Part shown: positions 14,142-26,300 of the stretch, in pieces
Numbering within the stretch: position 1 is the first letter of the stretch
Layout: every line of letters starts with the position of its first letter
Source: Squalus acanthias
Taxonomy: Eukaryota
Assembly: GCA_030390025.1 (NCBI GenBank)
Contig: CM059446.1
Coordinates: forward strand, 38,378,001 to 38,442,000
Reading direction: 5' to 3'
Length of the DNA stretch: 64,000 nucleotides
Notes under the pieces: model-generated
The model's database searches: none
Seen by the model: the letters and a program-made list of their open reading frames with translations, nothing else
Told to the model about the DNA's origin: nothing
Made by a program: the position numbers and the translations under genes

Positions 14142-16136
14142 CAGTTTCATGATTACACGATTTTTTTGTATTGATTATGTTTCCATTTTACAAGTGTAAG
14201 GTAAGTGGCAGAATGCGGCGCCATTCCAGTTGACACTTGCTATTTTTTTTTAAAAAACCTTTCTTGAGGGGTGAAGTGTTTGTGCTGTATCACCAAGCGC
14301 TGGGACTCCGCTCTTTCTCAAACTTTCCGCAGCAGAAAATAAATAAATGTGACATTCGGCTAAGCAAGAGCTCATTAGTTCGCTGTACGCTCCTAATACG
14401 GGGACATAAGTGCAAATTATAGAGTTCAAACCCAGCACACGCGTTGTCAACTAAAATCAGCCCCCTAGAACCATGATACAAATTGCTGCAAAATTGCATT
14501 CCAGTCCCTTTGAGGTTGTGAGTATAATGACAATCATCTTTGCATTGAACGCTACATTAAAATGAATTTTGCGTTTCAATATATACAACTCAAATTTTTG
14601 CAAGATATCACATCTATTCTCTTTAACATCGCCCTTTGTGTGTTTTACGCCACGGGCTTTTAAAAGCCTGATCTGTAAAGAATATTCTAGCGATGCTTTT
14701 TTAAATACATTTATATTGAATGAGGCTGTACAGCCACACATTTCGAGTGAACTTTTTTTTTCCCCCAACTCGAATCCTGTTACAACCAACGCCCACATTT
14801 AAGTACTTTAAAATTACTGAGTAATTAGATTTAGTTGCGTTTCACCATTAATTAGGCAACAGCGCAGTAGGGAGGCTTTGAAATTCGAGAAAATGGGGGG
14901 AAAATCATCTGAAGCAACTTTCAGCCCAGCTTAAATAAATAAATGCTCACAGGGGTTTAGGATTCTGAGCGTGTCTGTGTCTCAAAAAGCTGTAAATACA
15001 TTTCCCTTAAGTCGATGCCACGGCGAATCCAAACTTTGTTAAATCACTTGTGCCTTTTCTTTTTTTTAGCTTTGTCTTCGCACCATTAAGGCTGAGCAGC
15101 ACCAGACTGAATTTAACCCTTTCGGGCTGTGCGATTTAAAAAAAAAATAAGATTTGAACCGGAGAAGTGGAGAGCATGTTATGTGGAGCGTGGAAATGTA
15201 AATAGATTATGAAAGGGACAACTATCTATGCAAATATACATTATTATTTTGTTGATGTTGAGTGCAGCCAATATTTTTCACCCTCTGAAAGGCGATTGAA
15301 TTGAGGCTGGCGATTTTTGCATATTTAAATGTCAAACCACAATAGGATCGCGTGAAACGCCGGGCCTTTTTACCTCGAGGATTGCAAGGGATAAAATCCG
15401 GCCGTCTCCAGCAAAAAAACAACTGCACTTCCACCGTCAGACCCGAGGTTGCTCATTCCCCCCCCCCCCCCCCCCCCTCCACCCCTTTGGATCGCTCTGG
15501 TTTACGATTGCAAAAAAATAAATAAATAAGCCGATACATATATCCTGCTGCTAATAGTTTTATTGGAGCCGCTCTGTACACAAATGGCAAAGGGGGGGTG
15601 GGGGGGGGGGAGGAGGTGGAGGGGGCTTGAAATGTGTTTCCTATTACAACTCGCCTGGAGACGGCAGCATATTACACGCCGCCATGTTGGGTTGCTAACA
15701 GGACACTCAGCCCAGCCGGCTGAACGCATACTTTCACACGCTCCGTCTCCGATTACAAATACACCCCCCCCCCTCCAAAAAGACATTAAAGACACACAGA
15801 GGAAGAATGCACCAAACTTTCTGCTACAATGCAACCGCCTTCCTTTTACACGCAGCCTTTGCAAAATCGCATTGGATTTGATGCAGTGCAGGTGGTGTAA
15901 TATTGAGTTATATCCTCTTAATGGGGCTTTTTCTGTTGTTGTTGTTGTTTAAAGATCGGCAAGCCGCGTTGTAAAACATGATCTGATCTGCACCCCCCAC
16001 CCCCCCTCCTCCCTCCCACCACCACCCTCAGAATTGTCGAGGTTTGGTCATTAGCGGTTGAAGCAAATCACTTGGGTTACTCAGCATGCCGAGTGAAGTC
16101 ACATTGCACAGACCTCCCTCCACTCGCAGAAAAAAA

Positions 16137-16171
<35 letters not shown>
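16137..16171. repeat. Compound (GT)n(GA)n microsatellite
   Basis: Read directly from the sequence. Confidence 0.9.
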
Positions 16172-16701
16172 GGGGCGGCACGCCGGAGCCCTACAAGCTT
16201 GCAGATCATGTTTGGCTGGTTTCTTTTAACCCCTAGCACAGAAATGCGAAGTAAGATCAGATTTTTTTTTTAAAAGAGCCGGAGGAAAAAAATGGACACT
16301 TCAGGCGAGCGTCACCATATTTCAACGGCCTCAGATCTCGCCGGTTAAAGGACAAGCTCGTCAATTTCAATCCCTTTTGTCAGTTTCACCCCCGGGTTAA
16401 TTTTATTGTTCTAAAGCAGCTAGAATAGGGGAAACTTTTTTGAATGGAGGGGAGGGGGGAGGGGGGAGTGAGGGGGAGGGGGGGTATTATTATTTATAAA
16501 CTAACCTAAACTAAAAGTAGGACAGATAATCCTGCAGTCTGCAATTGGGGAACTTTACTGTACAGAGATGTTTCTTACTATGTATAGATAGTATTATGCA
16601 TAATAGTGGATTATGATCAAGGCCTCGGTTTATCGATATTTAAATTAAGAAAATAGGGAATAAAACAGGGAGAGCCTTCGATTCAAAGCCATAAATTATA
16701 A

Positions 16702-16707
16702 TTTAAT
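16702..16707 (-). terminator. Candidate distal poly(A) signal ATTAAA
   Basis: Minus strand TTGTATACAGCGTTTTTGTTGTAAATTGTTCTTGGTATTAAA, followed by U-rich downstream sequence (CTGTTTTATTCCCTATTTTC). Confidence 0.5.
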
Positions 16708-17494
16708 ACCAAGAACAATTTACAACAAAAACGCTGTATACAATAGCTAACACAAACAGGAGTCTGGCGTAGTAACTCCACACACATATTACTTGCAATA
16801 AAAAACATCTGAAAAGGCTCGATCTATAAGTTAGAACAGCGTAGCAATACCCTGAAGTAAAAAACGTGGGGTCAGCTGCAAACGTGTTAATAATCACAAT
16901 CATACATCATTTCTGGTCCAGATCTGTCTCTATAACAGGTAAAGATCACTGTTCCATCAACTATACAAAATGATTCTTTTTTTTGTGCAACCACAACATG
17001 ATGTAGTGTGTGGCTGGACAGCCACACAAAAAAAGGTTTTTTTTTTCTTTAAAAAAAGGGACAAAATGCAAGTTTTCACACTGCAGTGTAGTTAGCAGTA
17101 CTACCAGAAAAAGCTTGGAACAAATGGCTTGGCCAACCCAAACCAGCTCGCTCTGTTATTATTTTTTTTTGTGTTTTGTTTTTAATACAAGGGTATATGG
17201 GAGCACTGAAGGCAAACATTCGCCCAAATGTATATCCTCTATACAATCAAACATTTACATGTATGTAACAAATGTAAAATGTGTTAGCGACCTGTGGCCA
17301 TGCTCTCACAGTCTATTCCCATATATAAAAATTCAAATGAATTTATATTTATATACATAAAATTAGGCTCACTTTTAGTGCTACACATCAAACGTCAGTC
17401 ACATCATCCTCAGTTTGAAGATCTTCCAATAACAAAAATTGGCAACCACATTTTTCCAGACATACTTTTTTTGAATAAATCTCATTTAATATAT

Positions 17495-17500
17495 TTTATT
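17495..17500 (-). terminator. Candidate proximal poly(A) signal AATAAA
   Basis: Minus strand reads GATTGTAAATAAAATATTAAATG, with a UGUA motif immediately upstream and a tandem ATTAAA. Confidence 0.5.
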
Positions 17501-19170
17501 TACAATCAACACTGTTCCTAGTAGCAATTGCTTGTTTAAGTGTGTTCTGTGCGTGAACTTTAGACACAATAAGCTTCAAAACAAAATCCTGACCATTAAA
17601 ACACATAATGATCCATGCTTCCTAACACCTGTCTAATGTACATTGGTTGCACAGGCACTTAAGTTAGAACTAAATAAGGGTCGGTGGTCAAAATCCCCAT
17701 GGCATTTTGAATTTAAAAGGGGAGGGGGGTTCGGCGTGTCGTATTGGGGCTGTTTGACTGTATCTTTAAGGTGTCATTTGCTAAACCCAAAAGACAAGGA
17801 GCAGCATGAGTCCACGGTTCATCCTTTCATTGAAAGAGCATGTGGTCTGTCCACTACTACAGACAGTGGTAGTAAACTATACAGGTATACTGAGTAAATA
17901 AGACAAATACTCCACGAATTGTAATGACTCCAGTAAACTGCGATGTTTGACCATTGTAATGAGATTTTTTTTCCTTGGGTGAACATACAGTTGTAACAGC
18001 GAAAAAGTTCCATATATCAAATAATATTATAATCTCCGAATACTTTCATTTTTTTCTTGAATATAACACACAAGACTGACCAAACAATCCAATCATAACT
18101 CTTACAGTACAGAAATGTTGCACTTTAAAAAAAAAACCTTCAGCTTGTATACACGACTGTAAACTCTAGATACTTAATTAACCACATGTCAAATAGTAAG
18201 TGCCGACATAGAGTTCCATGCTGAATCCAAGAAAAGAAATTGTGGCATTACTTTTCCTTTAAAAGGGCAATGGGTTGATAATTGTTACAAATGGGTTGGA
18301 AATATACAAACAGGCGTTTTTTGGAGCCTCGTAGGACTCTATACTGCAACAGGAACTAAATGGAGCCACATTCAGATCACCAAAATTGTCTTAAATTTAA
18401 TGAAACAAAATTGTACTGTGTCTTGGACACATAAAAGATTTCTGCTTTCAGAAATATACCCACAATGTACTTCCCCCCCACATGTCAATATTAACGAGTT
18501 TTCAACAATGGATTTTTAAATTACAAGTGTGTATCATTTAATATAGGTCTGCAGTCAATTTCCCCCAAATTAAACGTCTTATGAGTCAACACTATAAGTG
18601 CGCTTCCAGCATTAACTTTCAATCCTGTCAAAAAAAACCTTTTCGTCTAACATTTTAGTGGATTCAGTTTTAATTCTTGCAGAACATATTTACGTGATAC
18701 ACCGTATCTGATAAGAAGCAATGGTTATATCAAAATTATTAGTAGAGAATCACAGAGGAGACTGGTTTGAAACCAGGAAAAATACAAAACAGCTATAGAT
18801 ACATAGACACAGGACAATTTATAATAATTTGGAAAAGGTTATTTTTCTTTCCTCCTAATTTTGAAATTCTTGTTTAAATGCACTTATCTTTATATCGATA
18901 TTTCTCAAAAGTTTACAAAATAAACCAAAATAAAAGACTAATTTCCTTTTGTTACAAAATGATAAGTAGCAAGTTGTTCTGAACGACACAGGAGAGTTTT
19001 TGAATGCGTTTTTAAGTTCGTGTACAGTCATTGAAATCCACAGTCCTTTTTTTTTCTTCCCTCTCTTCATTTTTTTGTGTCACATAGGTAAACTTGTAAC
19101 AGCCTTTTATTTCCTTCCTTACAGAAGGAATTTGCAAAATAATGTCACTTGCCTTTTTTTTCCCTCCTAT

Positions 19171-19533
<363 letters not shown>

Positions 19534-20788
19534 CTAGCATAGGACCTTTAATTAGAGAGCATAGGTTATGACCTGACCTAGCCATTGCATCTTGCAATGC
19601 TGCAAACCCAGCCCAACAGACGCATATTATTATAAGCATCAAAGAAAACACAAAGCACAGATACAGCAACCATTCACAACCACATTTTACATAATACTTT
19701 TTGGTTTTGCAAACTCAATCCAGATTTAGCTATCACTGACGAGCAGCGTATACATTTATCCGTATATGTATTTTTTTCAACCGCGTGCAACACCAAAGTG
19801 CTCGCAGAACAGTGAGTTTGCTTCGCTGCACACAAGGCCTGACATTTTACAAATAGTAATAAATTAACTGCTATGGTAATGTCATCGATTGCTCTTGGTT
19901 GAGTAGGATCAAGTAGACTGAACAAACAAAATAAACCGCATAACATTTAAAAGTGTTTCCAAGTCGGTTAGTAATTCAAGTATAAAAAAAAGACTAAGAA
20001 AAATACTACTTCATAAAAGCTGGCATGTGATAACTTAAAGCAAACACACAAAACGTCACCCCCACTTAAGCTCAGTCGCCTGTTTTTTTTTTCTTCCTCT
20101 AACTAAATGTTCACTTCTAATTTGATTAGTTTGGTTAAAAAAAAAGACGTTTTGGAAAAGCATCGTTTTTTATGTGTGAAGTAATAATATAAAAAAAGGA
20201 AGTTTGGGTCACGACCCGAGCACTGGAAGGGGTCCAGAGAGTCCTCTGGATACCCAGATCACCCTAACACAACAAGGAAAGGATTGTGAACCGCTTTCCC
20301 ACATAAACTGGAATTTTCTGTTTCCTGATATCAATCCCTGAAAGCTTTATACCAACCCCAGATGAATGATTGCGCTACTGTTAGAACTTAAATGCAGCAA
20401 TTTTGCACACAATATGAAGGGGGCTCGCGACTCAATCTGTAATGTTTGAAAAATGAAAAATATAACTATATTTTAATCTCCCTCCAGGTTTTCATTCGCA
20501 CATTTTTTTTAAATATTGGGATAGGTTTGCATGCAAAACGTTGGAAAATATGCAGTAACTGCCTTTGAGATAAAATCACTACAAATGGTTAAATGTATCT
20601 TACTAAGTGTTTAATCATATTTTAAAACTTACATTATGCTAAAACATGAAGACTTTCCAGCCGTTTCTATATTAATATAGATGTTATATAAGGGTACATG
20701 ACACAGCACTGAGCGCAGAGATCAGAGCTGAATATTTGACTGCATGTTCATTCTGATCTGATATCATGGCTGTTCTGATTACAGATCA

Positions 20789-21400
<612 letters not shown>

Positions 21401-22089
21401 TCAGACAGTTAACATACAATACACACCCCTGGCCATTTACAAACAACAATAGCTGCTGCACACAGTATAAAATTATGATTATTTTTTAAATCTCACCGAT
21501 TTTACAACATAAAGCTGCATGTTTTAAACCTATACTGCATATTGTAAACCGAGCACTGCCATGCAATTTGGCTATGTCATTTCCCTAAAGCATGTCAAAA
21601 CTGATTGAATATTTTACAACAATGGCTGATTTCTTTTCCTAGCTGGACTTTACTCTGCAAACTGCTGCAACTTGCACAGCACATTATGAGCACCCTCCTC
21701 CCTATTCAAGTGAAGTTTCGTGTGTAACATAACACATTTTTCAAATTAGATTACAATCAAAGCACGCTCTATTCGGTTAATCTACAACTTACTATTTTCG
21801 AACACCCTCTCTCTCTCTCCCACACACACACACAGTTCTCTCTCACAAACTGAAAGCAACAACAAAAAACATTTACAAGAACACTTAAAAGACTTTCTCA
21901 ACCACAAGCACCCTACAAAGTCTAGAGACAGACGATAGCAATTGATTTTAACTGGCATGCATGAAACACATTTTAACTTTATAGAATTAATGTGAGAACT
22001 GTTCAGATTTTTTTTTCTGCTGGGTGGGAGTTTGGGGGTGGGGGTGGTTAGACGAGCTCAAACAGTTGAAATAAATGAATTCTCAATAC

Positions 22090-22510
22090 CTTCCCGTCTC
22101 ATGCCGACTTTGAGGCATTTTTTCAGGCGACAGTACTGACACTGATTGCGGTGGTGTTGGTCTATGGGGCAGTTCCTGTTCGCACGACATGTGTACGTCA
22201 AGTTTCTGCGCACACTTCTCTTAAAGAAACTCTTGCAGCCTTCGCAGGTGAACTGGCCGTAGTGTTTACCGCTCGATTTGTCCCCGCACACCACGCACTC
22301 GATATGCTGCTGCTGCTTGTCGCCTTGCTGCTGGTTCTGCTGGTTGGACTGGGCCGGGGTGCCCGGGGCTCCCGGTTGTCCTGGGGTCTGCGGGGTAAGG
22401 GGTGCACCAGAAGGCTGTTGCGGTCCTTGCTGAGGCGGGGGTGGCTGTGTGCCCTGCGCTCCGGCCACGTCGTCCTGCGGGTCTCGCCACGTACTAACTA
22501 CCATTGCCAT
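22090..22510 (-). CDS. NR2F2: NR2F2 (COUP-TFII) coding exon 1: A/B domain and two C4 zinc fingers
   Basis: [13 protein letters not shown]...[77 protein letters not shown]. Start context GATATGG. Donor G|GTATTG with GT at 22089-22088. 421 nt, phase 1. Confidence 0.96.
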
Positions 22511-22614
22511 ATCTCGGGCAGAGTGTAATCAGACAACAAAAAAAAAGGTCTTGTCTTTGAATCGGCGGATCAGGAAAATGAAGGAAGAAGAGTCGATTAG
22601 CTGACAAAAAAAAT

Positions 22615-22668
22615 AGAGGGAGAGAGAGAGATAGAGAGAGAGAGAGGGAGAGAGAGAGAGAGAGAGAG
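22615..22668. repeat. (GA)n tract; (CT)n in the NR2F2 5' UTR sense strand
   Basis: Read directly from the sequence. Confidence 0.92.
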
Positions 22669-22904
22669 TGGAGCAGTTCAAACCCGATCGGCAGAGAAGA
22701 GGCGAGAGTCTGGGGGCCAGGACCAGGGTAGCACGCAGTCAGCCATTCAGGAAACCCATAAAAAAAGGAAGAAGGGGGACGAAAGGTTAAAGATTAAAAA
22801 ACAACAAAAAAAGGATCGACTCTTGAAGGCAGATGCACGATCCGGAGTAGAAGTGCCCGACCATCAACTGATCATAAATTCTTCGCCGTACTGGTAGTGG
22901 TAGA

Positions 22905-22908
<4 letters not shown>

Positions 22909-22935
<27 letters not shown>
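22909..22935. repeat. (CA)n microsatellite in the NR2F2 5' UTR
   Basis: Read directly from the sequence. Confidence 0.92.
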
Positions 22936-23169
22936 GGAGAGACTCAACAACTCGCCAGCAGGAAAAAAAAAGAGACTACAAAAAAAGGAGTCGACGTCGT
23001 GGAAAAAAAAGGAGCTATAGAACCTCTCTCATGCGAGAGGAGGCAAAAAAAGGGAAGAGAGAGAGAATCAAACTGATCAAATATGCAAAAGGGGGTTGCA
23101 AGTGAATCCGATTTGAACGAGCGGGCTTGCGGAGTAATTTTTCTGAAAGGGGAAATCTGCGCGGATGGC

Positions 23170-23360
23170 TGTATATAGTGAACTTTGACACGACTATTGA
23201 AACTGACACGTTTCTATGGAGATGCTTTCCTTATATGGCGCTGCCGAGTGACGGAGCCAAGCGGCGGCTGCTGGCGACTGACAATCAAAGGCGACTGGTC
23301 AGAGCTTTAGGTTCGAGGGGCTGGGACATCTGGCCCGCCCCCTGCACCGCATTGGATAGG
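23170..23360 (-). promoter_or_regulatory. NR2F2 proximal promoter
   Basis: On the minus strand: CCAAT (23351-23355), GC box GGGGCGGGC (~23333-23341), CTTTGAT TCF site (23284-23290), CCATATAAGG CArG/TATA-like (23229-23238), DR1 (23179-23191). CpG-rich. Confidence 0.75.
23179..23191 (-). promoter_or_regulatory. DR1 nuclear-receptor element GTGTCA-A-AGTTCA (RAR/RXR or COUP-TF autoregulatory type)
   Basis: Plus strand tgaactttgacac: two half-sites spaced by 1 nt, next to the inferred TSS. Resembles the DR1 described for mammalian COUP-TF promoters (recall). Confidence 0.7.
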
Positions 23361-26300
23361 CACCTTACTTATTATCCAGCACGTCCTGGCCGCCAACAAA
23401 TTTACATTACATCCATGCGCAGAGGTCTATTTCGAAAAAATAAGTTTTTTATTTCTCTTCTCCCCCCCCCAACCCACCCCCACTTTTTCATTTTTTTCAA
23501 TTTCTGGAAGAATAGATGGGGGAAATTGCTGAAGGTTTTAAATGTAACTCCCACAAATGAACTGCAAATATATATAAATATATATATATATTAAATAACC
23601 TAATAAAGAATATTAAAAGCTCAGGAAAGCTTGTGCAACAACAAACACTGAACAGTCCCAATTAAAATTATTTATAAACGCGTCCCTTATGGAAATGGAA
23701 TCTTGATATATGAAGAATTTACTTGGCATTAATAAATAAACCACTGTATAGCTTGCTAGGGTATACCTCTTTTTTGCAAGCTTCTATAGTTAGCATATTC
23801 ATGTAAACCAAAGCTCCATCAATACCAGAAAACCATACTATTCGCAAGGCAGTTTTTTCAACGGTAAAAGTTGATGTTGAAGATGTAAAATTGGCGGCGA
23901 TGCTATTGCATTAACTGGAACATCCTAACGGGAGCTATTGGAAATGTAGCGAGGATTATTGGAGATTTTAGCAAAGTATCCAAAATAAAATGAAGGAAAA
24001 CAGTGTCAGAAATCAGCTGTGGCTAGTTTATGCAGAATAATTGTTCCTTTACGTTCTGGAAGGTATATTGCCTTAGAAAAGCTATGAATGCTCGAGAGGG
24101 TCTCATTCATCTGATGAACCATTATTAATACGGATAAATATCCACGTTTACTTTGAAATACTTAAAAGTGAAAACAGCTTTGAAGTGTGCGTATAGCTAG
24201 TTAGCTAGATAAACAGAAACATACATAGACAGACACATATATACATAGAGGCATGCAGATGAATGGGTCATTTCGCATCAAAACACCCAAAACTATGTGG
24301 AAAAGCGCCGATTCTTTGGAGCGGAGCTGCCCCGATAAGACTTTCCCCCCTGTCCCTCTGTAATAATGGATTCGAATTTCCAATGTCTCTATTTTGGAAG
24401 AAAGACAACTCTATTTATACCACATTGTATTTAGTGGTCACTCGGGGTTGGATGGGGTTAGTCTATTGTCGGTGCTACTAGAATTAACTAAGAAATTGAC
24501 GTTTCAACAGAGTAGAATTGACAAATGTTATTATGTTCGTGAGGAATATACAGACTCAGGTAAATGCAATGGTGTTGGAGGGTCTGGTCGCATTGTATGT
24601 TATATTTAATTGTAGTAATGGATACTTTGCTAAATTCTTCTAGTATGCTAAATAAATATATGTAATTGAACTAATATGTGCAGAGAAAAGAGCAGGAAAT
24701 ATATTATTGTAGGAAACTGCAAAGTATTAAGAATTCGCTCGCGCTGAGTTGTAAATGCACATTTCACAGTAGTGAACACACTATATATATACGCTTTAGA
24801 ACACATTTTAGAGAAATCCTATACATTTGGCAATTAAGCCTTGAAATTGAAAAGTGTGTGTTACCGTGAATGTTCAGATATTTACGTGCTAAAACGATGA
24901 TTGCAAGGTTTCCCAGTTAATATATAAAATATGAAATTATAAAGGTTCGAGGAGATAGCACACGAACATGGGAACATTGCATTAAACAGGTGTTCGCTTT
25001 GAGGTGCAGTGGGTAGTACTTTTAAATACCGTTACTTTGATGAAGATAACATTTTGCCTCTCTGCCGTGTGGACTTTCTTTCAGAAACCTAGTTGAACGT
25101 GTATAATACGTGGCTGCAATCTCTTAGCAGTCTCCTTACAATTAAATGAAGTGATAAAAACTATAACACCTCATACTGTGGTTACTTGGGGGTAAATCAA
25201 CTTATTATCGTCTTGATGTCCATTTCACAATGCAAGCACACAGAAACCACGTTCATTCAGATCAGTAAAGAATGGTCAAAATCCTCAGTATAGCATCTGA
25301 AACAATATATGTTGCAACCTACAAAATGCATGCATATTTTCAAATTTAACAGTTTAAAAAAGGGGTCAGACAAAAGATTAATATGAAGTATTTACTTTGA
25401 GCAGATATTCAACAGACTAAAATGCAACATGCGGTTAATTTTGAGAAATATGAAGTGAATATCTTCTGTTAGTGATTACAGCAACGTCATTATATCAGTG
25501 TTATCTGGCGAAGGGCGCGTGGTGCTAATAGCCTTTTTAGAAGGGCTCACAAAAGTTTGGAATTCAGGAACAGAATGGAATCACTGGTTTTTTAATAACA
25601 AGTGGACAGGTTGCACTTTGCAATAATTTCAAAAGTAACTTTGTGTTGCTCCGAAACCCACCAGCGAGGCAGTCAGAAACCAGTCACTCGCAATTCAAAT
25701 GTTTTTTTTTAAAGGGAGGGAAGTATAGAATTTGGTAAATTAATATTGAATTGGATGCCAACCATAGCATGGCTAGATAAACCTATTTATAACACGAACT
25801 GGATGCCACATACTTCCCAGTTGTTCTCTGATAACCAGCTAGATCTATTGAATTTGAGTTCCCTGTGAATTTGCCCTGTTTTTTCTCTCTCTCTCACTAC
25901 ATTGCAACACAATGAATAGGGAAAGTGGTTCCCATTGTGTCCCGGTGATCTCAAAGTCATTGCAGTTTTTAAGCGGTGACTTGTGGTACTTTGATAACCG
26001 CCGGGAGCTGTCAGTGCAGCGGGCTTCTGAAAAATTTACAGTGCTAAATCGCAGCATATGCTGGAGAATTTGTCAAAATCTTGTACAGTATCTGGCTGCC
26101 ACCTAGCGTATGGAGTGTCGCTGTAGAACTCCAGAGGAGTAAAGCCATTCAAAGGGATCGCGGCGCCTCCTCGCTCACAACGCGTCCTTTATACCCCGAA
26201 AAAAAAACTTCTGCACCTTTAATGTGATTAATTCTTTAGGATTTTTCTCTAATTGACTCGGACGTTCCTGAGCGGGACTGCGTGATCTCCGTCGCTTTGT

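Larger units (their letters stand above)
16685..19170 (-). other. NR2F2: NR2F2 3' UTR, ~2.5 kb (distal end inferred)
   Basis: Sense blocks CTCCTGTGTCGTTCAGAACAACTTGCTACTTATC (~18961-18994) and AAGTGCAACATTTCTGTACTGTAAG (~18101-18125) match the mammalian NR2F2 3' UTR as I recall it. Poly(A) hexamers at 17495-17500 and 16702-16707. Confidence 0.7.
22511..23200 (-). other. NR2F2: NR2F2 5' UTR (TSS approximate)
   Basis: Lies between the TATA-like element (23231-23236) and the ATG. Contains CT and GT repeats on the sense strand and five uATGs. TSS inferred ~30 nt downstream of the TATA-like element. Confidence 0.6.

Noticed and set aside
19569-19579. Overlapping AGGTCA half-sites (TGACCTGACCT) in intron 2
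   Set aside because: Not a standard DR spacing; could be chance.
23127-23594. 155-aa plus-strand ORF across the promoter
   Set aside because: Non-ATG start, ends in low-complexity sequence, and is explained by promoter GC content.
23822-23860. TATGGTTTT plus a donor-like site as an orthologue of the human isoform-b first exon
   Set aside because: Only a short match; frame and upstream codons do not fit the peptide as I recall it.
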